From positions 1-64,000 of the IMG/VR virus record IMGVR_UViG_3300014697_000001: 64,000 bases of DNA, one strand, 5' to 3'. Position numbers and translations under genes: made by a program. The stretch comes from a virus (lineage: Duplodnaviria; Caudoviricetes). Of this stretch, positions 56,835 to 64,000 are shown piece after piece; positions within the stretch are counted from its first letter, which is position 1; every line of letters starts with the position of its first letter. The notes under the pieces are model-generated. The model was not told the DNA's origin. It was given only the letters and a program-made list of their open reading frames with translations, and ran no database searches.

Positions 56835-57674
56835 TTAGATGTTGTAATGAAAGTACGCGGTACCAGAAAAGCCGTTACTTCGAATGCCAGTCTGTACAGC
56901 AACGTGCGAGAAGTTACGGTTAGCATCTGGTAGAGACTTGGTCTCGTAGACCTTGACCGAATCGGTGGAGGTCGACGATGCGTCAATGGCTGGCCAGTCG
57001 GCAATGTTGTACAGCTCTTGCAGTTTGGCTCGAAGCCCAGCATGGTCTGTCCAGTTTCCACGGTAATAGGCCCCGTTAGGACTGACTCTTAACTGAGGGC
57101 GAATAAGGGTAAAGTCCAACCCCCACGTGGTCAACCCAGCGCTCCGGTACCCGTCCAACACTGGATCTGGATGGGTAAGCTTGGCCACTGCACGCGTATG
57201 GATGACATCTGTTAACATCAACTGCCTGCGATTGAACAGGACTGTGGTGTATCCTTTATAGGCAATCGAACCCGGTTTTGCTTCCAGTTCAATCAGAACC
57301 TGCTCACCGGTACCGAGAAGCTTGAGGTCAATGTTGACCAGATCGTCTTCAGTCAGGGTGATGCCCAAGGCTTTACTGATTTCAGGCAACAGCCTGTGCA
57401 GAGATGACTGTCCTAGGGCACTGAACTCGGCGCGGTAATTGCCACCAAACAGGACGCCCAGATCAAGGCGGTTGTAGTAAACTTTGACCTGCCCCTTGTA
57501 ATCTTCGCCAGCCACACCTCGAACATTCAACTGAGTGTTGGCATTACCGAATCCCAGTAGATCACTTGGTTTGCCCAAAATGAGGTTAGTGGGCGTGAAT
57601 TCGATTTCAGGGGTGTTGGTCTGGTTGAGGAGATCCCTCAATTGCTGTTCGGGACGTTGTTGATATTGCTGCAT
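56835..57674 (-). CDS. Virion array protein
   Basis: YKGQVKVYYNRLDL..YFHYN. Confidence 0.75.
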   Translation of the reverse strand: MQQYQQRPEQQLRDLLNQTNTPEIEFTPTNLILGKPSDLLGFGNANTQLNVRGVAGEDYKGQVKVYYNRLDLGVLFGGNYRAEFSALGQSSLHRLLPEISKALGITLTEDDLVNIDLKLLGTGEQVLIELEAKPGSIAYKGYTTVLFNRRQLMLTDVIHTRAVAKLTHPDPVLDGYRSAGLTTWGLDFTLIRPQLRVSPNGAYYRGNWTDHAGLRAKLQELYNIADWPAIDASSTSTDSVKVYETKSLPDANRNFSHVAVQTGIRSNGFSGTAYFHYNI

Positions 57675-57744
57675 GATAGACTCACCTTAAGAGGAAGCTA
57701 TAACCGCTGGGAAAGGAAGACCTAACCCAGCGGTAAGCAGATGC

Positions 57745-58254
57745 TTACATCGTCAGGGTCAGACCATCCAGTACAGGCTTGGTGACGGCAACTGCCAGAT
57801 CCACGTCAGCGGCCTGGATGCTGAGAACGACTTGACCACGGTAGGCATAGGAGCCAGCAGCAGCGATCATGGTCCACTGCTGAGGGGTGCTGGTCAGCTC
57901 CGCCGGCATGGTCAGGTCGTTACGGATGTCATCCAGTTGCAGGTTGGAGCCGTAGAAGGCATTGAAACCATTCAGGATGTTCTGAAGGGTGATGTCGCCT
58001 TCGACCTGGATGGCCGATGGGACAGCGTCTTCGAACGCCTGAAGTGGAATACGGTTGTACAACAGGGTGGTGGTACCCTTGTACCCCTTACCGGGGATAC
58101 CTTCGATTACCAGTTCGGTATCGCGTTCTGGTGCCTCACCCGGAGCAGCAGTCGGCACACCGAAGGAAACACTGTCGAATGTGAGGTTGAGTAGGTTTTC
58201 ATCATTGATCAGGGCCAGGACCTGATCTTTTGCGAGCATCGATACGTTATACAT
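57745..58254 (-). CDS. Virion array protein (N-domain only)
   Basis: LALINDEN..YKGTTTLLYNRI..SYAYRG. Confidence 0.75.
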   Translation of the reverse strand: MYNVSMLAKDQVLALINDENLLNLTFDSVSFGVPTAAPGEAPERDTELVIEGIPGKGYKGTTTLLYNRIPLQAFEDAVPSAIQVEGDITLQNILNGFNAFYGSNLQLDDIRNDLTMPAELTSTPQQWTMIAAAGSYAYRGQVVLSIQAADVDLAVAVTKPVLDGLTLTM

Positions 58255-58377
58255 GTCAAGGTACCTGATGGGGAAGGATTGGTGGACGGTCCAACGAGAC
58301 TCAGTAAAAAGCTTCGTATAGTTAACCGGTCACACATCATTTGACCCCACAGTCGCGTATTTTCACAATTCAAAAGA

Positions 58378-58400
58378 ATTATAGCCCTACATTGTAGAGG
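58378..58400 (+). promoter_or_regulatory. Putative early promoter (ATTATAGCCCTACATTGTAG)
   Basis: Recurrent motif. Confidence 0.6.
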
Positions 58401-58580
58401 TGATGAACACAGCAATTTCAATCCCATTATATGTACAGGTACTTTCGAGTACACGTAAGGGGGTGATCCAGCCTAGTTCCTTCCCGGATCAGTGAGCCTT
58501 GTCGGGAGACATTGCATCTGTTCCAACGGCGCCTGTGCATCAGACCACATCGAAGGGCAATTCCCTCGATGTGGTCTTTT
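58400..58580 (+). ncRNA. Candidate small RNA (or 30-aa sORF at 58403-58495) with an 18-nt element complementary to the 16S rRNA 3' end
   Basis: Bounded by the promoter motif and a terminator; TAAGGGGGTGATCCAGCC at 58456-58473. Confidence 0.5.
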
Positions 58581-58586
58581 ATGCCG
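58543..58586 (+). terminator. hairpin + TTTTATGCCG
   Basis: GACCACATCGA-AGGGCAATTCCC-TCGATGTGGTC-TTTT. Confidence 0.85.
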
Positions 58587-58626
58587 CCTGCCAATCATTT
58601 GACCATTGCCTCAAGGAGGTAACACC

Positions 58627-59010
58627 ATGCGTAATGTTGGTATCAACTTGATCCTGGCTGACTCGATGTCAGCTGTGGATGCCATCGCCGTAGAACTTGA
58701 TATTGAGGAAGTCTACCCGGTAGAGGAGCTTATCCAGACCTACCGTACCAGTCCTCATGCCACCTATTTCGCCCTGGGTGATTCGGTTCCAGAGCTGGAG
58801 CAACTGGCTACCTATTTTACTGTCCGACGTGGAGTCATTCGGGTAGACGGGAAGGATAAATTTCTCGGCTCCAATGTCGACTGGATGACTAAACTGCTGG
58901 TCAAGACTTCTAAAACAGCCGCGGCCGGGAAAGTTCAGACCATCCGAAGCTTCACAGTCCCTGAAGAGAAAGACGACCCGTTCGAAGAATTGGGATATGC
59001 CCGACGTTAA
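58627..59010 (+). CDS. hypothetical protein
   Basis: ATG 58627 after a near-perfect SD AAGGAGGT. Confidence 0.75.
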   Translation: MRNVGINLILADSMSAVDAIAVELDIEEVYPVEELIQTYRTSPHATYFALGDSVPELEQLATYFTVRRGVIRVDGKDKFLGSNVDWMTKLLVKTSKTAAAGKVQTIRSFTVPEEKDDPFEELGYARR

Positions 59011-59015
59011 ATTAT

Positions 59016-59065
59016 AGAGGCCGGGGACATCCCCGGCCTCTATGGTCTCTCTTTTTTTTTCTTTT
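59016..59065 (+). terminator. hairpin + TATG + T-tract
   Basis: AGAGGCCGGGGA...TCCCCGGCCTCT. Confidence 0.75.
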
Positions 59066-59080
59066 CCCGTAATCAAAAAC

Positions 59081-59102
59081 ATTACAGCCGTACATTATCG
59101 AG
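59081..59102 (+). promoter_or_regulatory. Putative early promoter (ATTACAGCCGTACATTATCGAG)
   Basis: Recurrent motif. Confidence 0.6.
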
Positions 59103-59132
59103 GAGCACACACAACCAATAGGAGTATTACCC

Positions 59133-59711
59133 ATGACTGTATCAGTTGACAGCACTACCAATTCGAACGACGCACCCCTCATGCGTGCCGAGGACCTCGT
59201 GAACAATTTTCTGAGCGATCAGAAAAATGAATCCTCTGATGCGGGTCGTCAAGCCCGCGAAAAGATCCAGGCCCGATCTAAATCTGTAGGTGCGGCCCTG
59301 CTTCGCACCTATCTGCTAATCAGTGGTCTTTTCTTTGTGGCAGTCGGTGGCGCAGCGTGGTACCTGTATACGCAGATCAAGATGCCTGGGGTCATGGTCA
59401 CTGACACTCGACCGTGCGAGTTTGTCGATGAAAGTCGAGGTATCCACCTGACGGGCCGTCGGCACTACTCCTACATGGAGCGTGAACTCTTCGGCATCCA
59501 GTATAAGGACACTTCGAAAGTCCGTGAAGAAACCGAACTCGATGTCAAAGGCACCAGCATGAACGTCGTCGGTTTGAGTAACGATAACTGGTGGGGTGTC
59601 TTCATCGGACAGGGTGAGAAAGGTATTCAACTTTTGAAACCTGCCAGTGTCTTCGTCTTCACCATCGGTCCTAAGAACGTAGTTGTCAACGACCGCGACT
59701 TTTGCAAGTAA
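59133..59711 (+). CDS. single-pass membrane protein
   Basis: Hydrophobic segment YLLISGLFFVAVGGAAWYLY; SD AGGAG. Confidence 0.7.
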   Translation: MTVSVDSTTNSNDAPLMRAEDLVNNFLSDQKNESSDAGRQAREKIQARSKSVGAALLRTYLLISGLFFVAVGGAAWYLYTQIKMPGVMVTDTRPCEFVDESRGIHLTGRRHYSYMERELFGIQYKDTSKVREETELDVKGTSMNVVGLSNDNWWGVFIGQGEKGIQLLKPASVFVFTIGPKNVVVNDRDFCK

Positions 59712-59717
59712 GGAGCG

Positions 59718-60128
59718 GTGGCGTTAAACCGCCTGAATCTTTCCGCACCACAGTCCCGATCCCTAAAGAAGGTTGATATGTCCGACACCCCGAACGCAGT
59801 CATCAAGTGGCTGCATTCGCCCTCAGGACGCAGTAAGCGCTCAGGTATCGTGAATCAGGGGTGTTATATCCTTGAACACGATGCCACCGGGCGCTTTTAC
59901 ATGGGTGAGTCTACCCACGTCAGTCAGGAGGTCGATAAACAGCTAGGCCTCCTGACAGTCAGCAAACACCCCTGTAAGCTCCTAAATGGCCTGTACGAGC
60001 GAGATAATGCCATCCGAGTACACGAGTACCCGTGCGCCTCCAAACGCGATCGGAAGAAGCTTCTCAAAGAACAGATCGACAATCAGGTATACGACTACCT
60101 CTGCCTCAATCCAGGTGTTATTAAATGA
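59718..60128 (+). CDS. GIY-YIG nuclease-domain protein
   Basis: GCYILEHDATGRFYMGES, plus a C-terminal CLN. Confidence 0.65.
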   Translation: MALNRLNLSAPQSRSLKKVDMSDTPNAVIKWLHSPSGRSKRSGIVNQGCYILEHDATGRFYMGESTHVSQEVDKQLGLLTVSKHPCKLLNGLYERDNAIRVHEYPCASKRDRKKLLKEQIDNQVYDYLCLNPGVIK

Positions 60129-60604
60129 TCCTACCCCCGACTGCTGAAATTGCATTCCGTTACATCCAATCCACCCGCGACTACATCATGGAGACCGCCC
60201 GCGCCTGTCACATGCAGGTTTTTGCTACACCTGAGTTCTTGGAACAAAATCCTCACCTTACCCCTTACGTATTCACCACCCACGTGGGCGACGATGTAGT
60301 TATCTTGAACATCAGTCCCATGGCCATTCGTGACTTCCGGCTGGAAAACACCAACATCATCTTCAAGGCACGCTACCAGGGCGTTGAATACGTCCATACC
60401 GTCAGCCTGCACGGGGTGATTGGTGTATATGACCCTGCCATGCCGCAGATCATTCATACCTGCATCCCAACGACCATCCTCGTGTCCGAAACCGCGATGC
60501 ACATGGTACATGGTGTAGCCATTGAGGTGGTGGATGGTGCACCTACAGTCGAAGTCAGGAAAGAAGAACCCACCCGCCCCTCCTTCCTTACTGTGGTGAA
60601 ATGA
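60125..60604 (+). CDS. sspB: SspB-like ClpXP adaptor (copy 2) with an intact ClpX-binding tail
   Basis: VILNISPMAIRDFRLENTNIIFKARYQG matches the SspB core; ends RPSFLTVVK (cf. E. coli RPALRVVK). Confidence 0.8.
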   Translation: MILPPTAEIAFRYIQSTRDYIMETARACHMQVFATPEFLEQNPHLTPYVFTTHVGDDVVILNISPMAIRDFRLENTNIIFKARYQGVEYVHTVSLHGVIGVYDPAMPQIIHTCIPTTILVSETAMHMVHGVAIEVVDGAPTVEVRKEEPTRPSFLTVVK

Positions 60605-60607
60605 ATC

Positions 60608-61054
60608 ATGAACCAAGCTACCCTTAACCTGTTTCAAGCGCCGACCGATACCTACCATCACACCTCGCTCCACGCCCTACCGATTGCTTACAGCGAAGGG
60701 CTCTCCACCGAGGAGTGTGCCCATCTGCTTGAAAATACAATTCCGGTGTATTCCAAGTGGCCAGACCGCACGGTTACAGGCAACAATCCCGACCTGGTTG
60801 ATATCTATCGGTACCGAGCGCCCTTCAAGGTTGGATACCTTAAGCCGCTTGGTCTGATTATTGAAAACAAATCTGTCGTATTGCATGCCCAATTGCTTTA
60901 CGGTAATCCCGATGGTTTGGCCAGTGAAGTGTTTCTATCATTGGAGCTGATGACATTGACCGTGGATAAAGTTCTGGGTGACCAGAATTCCGGTCGCCGT
61001 ATTGTTGGTCTGTCTCGCGCTATTCTCACCCCACGACCTGAAGTCATCGCTTAG
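60608..61054 (+). CDS. hypothetical protein
   Basis: 148-aa ORF within an operon. Confidence 0.65.
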   Translation: MNQATLNLFQAPTDTYHHTSLHALPIAYSEGLSTEECAHLLENTIPVYSKWPDRTVTGNNPDLVDIYRYRAPFKVGYLKPLGLIIENKSVVLHAQLLYGNPDGLASEVFLSLELMTLTVDKVLGDQNSGRRIVGLSRAILTPRPEVIA

Positions 61055-61071
61055 GTCATAGGAGCCTGCTT

Positions 61072-63120
61072 ATGGACACCCGTATCGCCACCCTGCGTGC
61101 TGAACTGGCGCGACTCAATGACCTGTACTACAACCAGGGTCAATCGGATGTCTCTGACGAAGTCTATGATTCCCTTAAACAGGAATTGAAGGCTCTTGAA
61201 GGGGAGACCGACGATCCGCTTTCCCCTTTGAATCAAATAGGGGCTCCGCCCGGCGGCAGTTTCGATAAGGTCAAGCACCTGTCGCCCATGCTCAGTCTGA
61301 TGAACGTCTACAACGAAGAGGAGCTGATCGACTGGTGTGTGGGGCTTGACAGTCCTATTTACGCCGCTCTGGAATACAAGCTCGACGGTGCCAGCCTGAA
61401 TGTCCGTTACACCAATGGCAAACTTGTCTGTGCAGTTACCCGCGGTGATGGTTATGTCGGCGACGACATCACCGACAATGCCGTGTTCTTTGAGGGTATC
61501 CCTGCTGACATCGGTCCAATTCCGGGCGACATTGAATTCCGTGGAGAATGTATAATTCCCCACGCCCAATTCAAGAAAGCCTGCGAGCGCCGTGAAGCTC
61601 AAGGCAAGAAACCCTATGCCAACGCCCGTAACATGGTTGCTGGCCTGATGCGCAGAAAGGAGGGTGAAAGTCTGCTGGGCATGGGCATTCGTTTTATTGC
61701 ATACGACGCGGTGATATACGGTGATGGCATGTCAAGGTCGGTGTCGTTGGCTGATGTCGACGATACTGTACTCCAGGCCTTCTACAAAGTTGATGCCCTG
61801 TGGACTGGCCTGAGTACCTCGATTGATCAGATCATGGAGACGGTCAACCGAGTGGCTGAAGAACGCCATAGCCTCGAGTACGACATCGACGGCCTGGTAC
61901 TTAAGGCCATTAACGGTACAGTGCGTTCCTCGCTGGGTCAGCGTTCGACCTCACCTCGCTGGGCAGTGGCCTATAAGTTCGAAGCCCAGTCGACCACTTC
62001 GATCTTGGAGCGGGTTGAGGTACAAGTCGGCCGGACGGGAGTGCTCACCCCTGTCGCCAAGATTCGTCCCGTGAAGCTCTGCGGGGTAACTATCAGTAGT
62101 GTGACCCTTCACAACTTTGAAGAAGTCAAGCGCCTGGATCTTCGCATCGGCGATACGGTTGTGGTTTCACGTCGAGGTGACGTTATTCCCAAGATTGAAT
62201 CGGTCATCACCTCACTGCGCACCGATGAACACGGTATCATTCAGGTTCCAACGACCTGTCCTTGCTGTGATTCGCCGGTAGAGAGCCGCGGTGAGGGCGG
62301 TGAGTTGTTCTGTACCAATGACGAAAGCTGTGCAGCTCAGGTGGTCAACCGGATGAGCTACTTCGTCAGCCGTGCAGGCATCGACGTTAAGAACCTTGGC
62401 CCTGCGGCAGTCGAAGCCCTCATTGAAGCCGGATCACTCGGGTCGTACAGTTCGCTGTTCCACCTGTCGGAAGAGGACTTTTATCTGGCAGGTATCAGCA
62501 CCAACATGGCCGAGAAGATCCTGACCAGCATAAACCGCTGCCGAGTCCTACCGTTCTACAAGGTACTGCGCGCGGTCGGTATTCCTGAGGTAGGCGATAG
62601 CACTGCACGGGCGCTGGCCAGTCAGTTCCATAACTTCGAAGCCTTGGGACAGGCCATTCTATTGGAGCTTCAGGAGGTGGATGATGTTGGTCCAACTGTG
62701 GCCCAATCGATAATCAATGCGTTCCTTACCAACGGATACGACTTGTTGGCCCTGGATAAGATCCTGACCTACACCGATGAAGTGGTCAAGAAAGCTGAAC
62801 ATCAGGATCTAACCGGATTGACAGTCGTGGTCAGTGGATCGTCGTTTGATGGAAAGTCACGCAAGGAGATGGAAGATGAAGTCATCTCTCGTGGCGGTAA
62901 GCTCACCAAGAGTGTCAGTAAGAACACTGACATCGTGTTTCTAGGTGTCGGGCATGGTCCTGATAAGGCCAAGACCGCTAAGGAACTTGGGTTTACCGAA
63001 GTCGGGGCGATGCTCGTCAACCCCAAGACCCTGAATAAAGCCAATAACTTCCATTCGAAATTGGTCGTCATGCCTGTTTCGGACACGACTAAACCTCAAG
63101 GAGAAACAAATGAACAATGA
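61072..63120 (+). CDS. ligA: NAD-dependent DNA ligase
   Basis: YY..SD.VYD, KLDG, RGE, DGLVLK, QVGRTG.LTP, Cys4 zinc finger, HhH repeats, BRCT. Confidence 0.97.
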   Translation: MDTRIATLRAELARLNDLYYNQGQSDVSDEVYDSLKQELKALEGETDDPLSPLNQIGAPPGGSFDKVKHLSPMLSLMNVYNEEELIDWCVGLDSPIYAALEYKLDGASLNVRYTNGKLVCAVTRGDGYVGDDITDNAVFFEGIPADIGPIPGDIEFRGECIIPHAQFKKACERREAQGKKPYANARNMVAGLMRRKEGESLLGMGIRFIAYDAVIYGDGMSRSVSLADVDDTVLQAFYKVDALWTGLSTSIDQIMETVNRVAEERHSLEYDIDGLVLKAINGTVRSSLGQRSTSPRWAVAYKFEAQSTTSILERVEVQVGRTGVLTPVAKIRPVKLCGVTISSVTLHNFEEVKRLDLRIGDTVVVSRRGDVIPKIESVITSLRTDEHGIIQVPTTCPCCDSPVESRGEGGELFCTNDESCAAQVVNRMSYFVSRAGIDVKNLGPAAVEALIEAGSLGSYSSLFHLSEEDFYLAGISTNMAEKILTSINRCRVLPFYKVLRAVGIPEVGDSTARALASQFHNFEALGQAILLELQEVDDVGPTVAQSIINAFLTNGYDLLALDKILTYTDEVVKKAEHQDLTGLTVVVSGSSFDGKSRKEMEDEVISRGGKLTKSVSKNTDIVFLGVGHGPDKAKTAKELGFTEVGAMLVNPKTLNKANNFHSKLVVMPVSDTTKPQGETNEQ

Positions 63121-63571
63121 GCTGGTAAAGCTCCCTGCACCTTTGACTGTTGAGGAGGTGGTAGCCAAGCTACCGCCTTTCGACTGCAGTCTGGGCTGGG
63201 GCGTACAGTCAATGACTGCCGACACAGTCCGTGCCATGGTGTTGTTGGCCAGTAGCCGCAGCGAACATTACCGCTACGCCCTGGCGGCCTCCATCGGTAT
63301 CGCACAGTACCTCTTCGATATGCCGGAAGGATCGGTCACCTCGCGTGCCCACTTCGTCCGTGCCAAGCAAGACGGTACGCGGATCGGCCTGTTCGATAAT
63401 CTGGACCTCCATGTCATTCAGGAACCTGTACCTGAAGAGATCGAGGAAGAGTACCTGATGCTATTGATCCTGAATGACGACCACTTGGTAGACAGCTACA
63501 TCGTCTCCAGGCTTCGTCTTCCGAGCGATCACGTGGTTCAGACCATCAAGCTCCCGACGGCGCTCAGTTAA
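63110..63571 (+). CDS. hypothetical protein
   Basis: 153 aa; SD AAGGAG. Confidence 0.7.
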   Translation: MNNELVKLPAPLTVEEVVAKLPPFDCSLGWGVQSMTADTVRAMVLLASSRSEHYRYALAASIGIAQYLFDMPEGSVTSRAHFVRAKQDGTRIGLFDNLDLHVIQEPVPEEIEEEYLMLLILNDDHLVDSYIVSRLRLPSDHVVQTIKLPTALS

Positions 63572-64000
63572 TGGATATCTTTGATCTGGTGGTCAGTGCG
63601 CAGAATCAGCGCATCCAATCCCCGGCTGATTTGTCCATTACCTGCTTTGGTAAGAAGGGCCATGGAAACCGAATCCTGAGGATGCACTATCACCAGAAGC
63701 ACCTGGTGATGAAGTGTACCCAACGCGATGACCTGAGCAAGTATCCCGAGGTCATGGCCGAGTACATCCAGGGCCTTGAGGCTACTCAGGAGTATCCGTG
63801 GGTGGTGCTGAAGGATCAGGCGTTCGTGGACCTTAAGACACTTCCGACTATCGCTGAGATTCAGCCTAAAGAGCACCTTACCTGTTCGTTGCAGACAGGG
63901 CAGGTGCTTTGGGAGACACTGGCTGAGGTGCCGCGTGAAAACGCTTACCTTCGACAGTGGAAGGCTGCCAATGGCGGTGTGGGGATTGAGCTGATCCTTG
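63571..64000 (+). CDS. hypothetical protein (runs off the window)
   Basis: TAATG coupling; frame MDIFDLVVSAQNQ... stays open to the window end. Confidence 0.65.
   Translation, partial: MDIFDLVVSAQNQRIQSPADLSITCFGKKGHGNRILRMHYHQKHLVMKCTQRDDLSKYPEVMAEYIQGLEATQEYPWVVLKDQAFVDLKTLPTIAEIQPKEHLTCSLQTGQVLWETLAEVPRENAYLRQWKAANGGVGIELIL

Noticed and set aside
58456-58473. rRNA gene fragment or assembly contamination
   Set aside because: The match is only ~18-25 nt, is antisense to 16S, and sits within phage-type promoter and terminator context.
59718-60128. Mobile homing endonuclease
   Set aside because: It is a short GIY-YIG-like domain without DNA-binding modules, embedded in a tightly coupled operon.

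Overview
This window is a 64-kb segment of a lytic jumbo phage of the phiKZ-related group (Chimalliviridae). This is inferred from a split family-B DNA polymerase half, a phiKZ-like head/baseplate block whose head proteins carry repeated S/A-x-E maturation motifs, tmk, thyA, an NAD-dependent ligase, and a long array of virion paralogues. The host is probably a Pseudomonas-like gammaproteobacterium (inference). Layout: 0-3 kb accessory genes; 3-4.8 kb polymerase half; 4.9-24.3 kb head/baseplate genes; 24.4-36.1 kb early and nucleotide-metabolism genes; 36.2-47 kb fibre/adhesin modules with several decayed relics; 47.2-58.3 kb virion paralogue array; 58.4-64 kb early genes and ligase. The best novelty candidates are: (1) a ~180-nt promoter-to-terminator unit carrying an 18-nt stretch complementary to the 16S rRNA 3' end (17/18 Watson-Crick plus one G-U) with no start codon behind it, a possible ribosome-decoy RNA; (2) two phage-encoded SspB-like ClpXP adaptors, one with an intact ClpX-binding tail; (3) a modular fibre + adaptor + exchangeable-tip system with repeats and orphan gene ends suggesting shuffling; (4) a conserved hairpin + TATGYCG element and a TACATT promoter motif. 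No rRNA, tRNA, CRISPR array, integrase or reverse transcriptase was seen. All family calls come from motif recognition by eye, not database searches.
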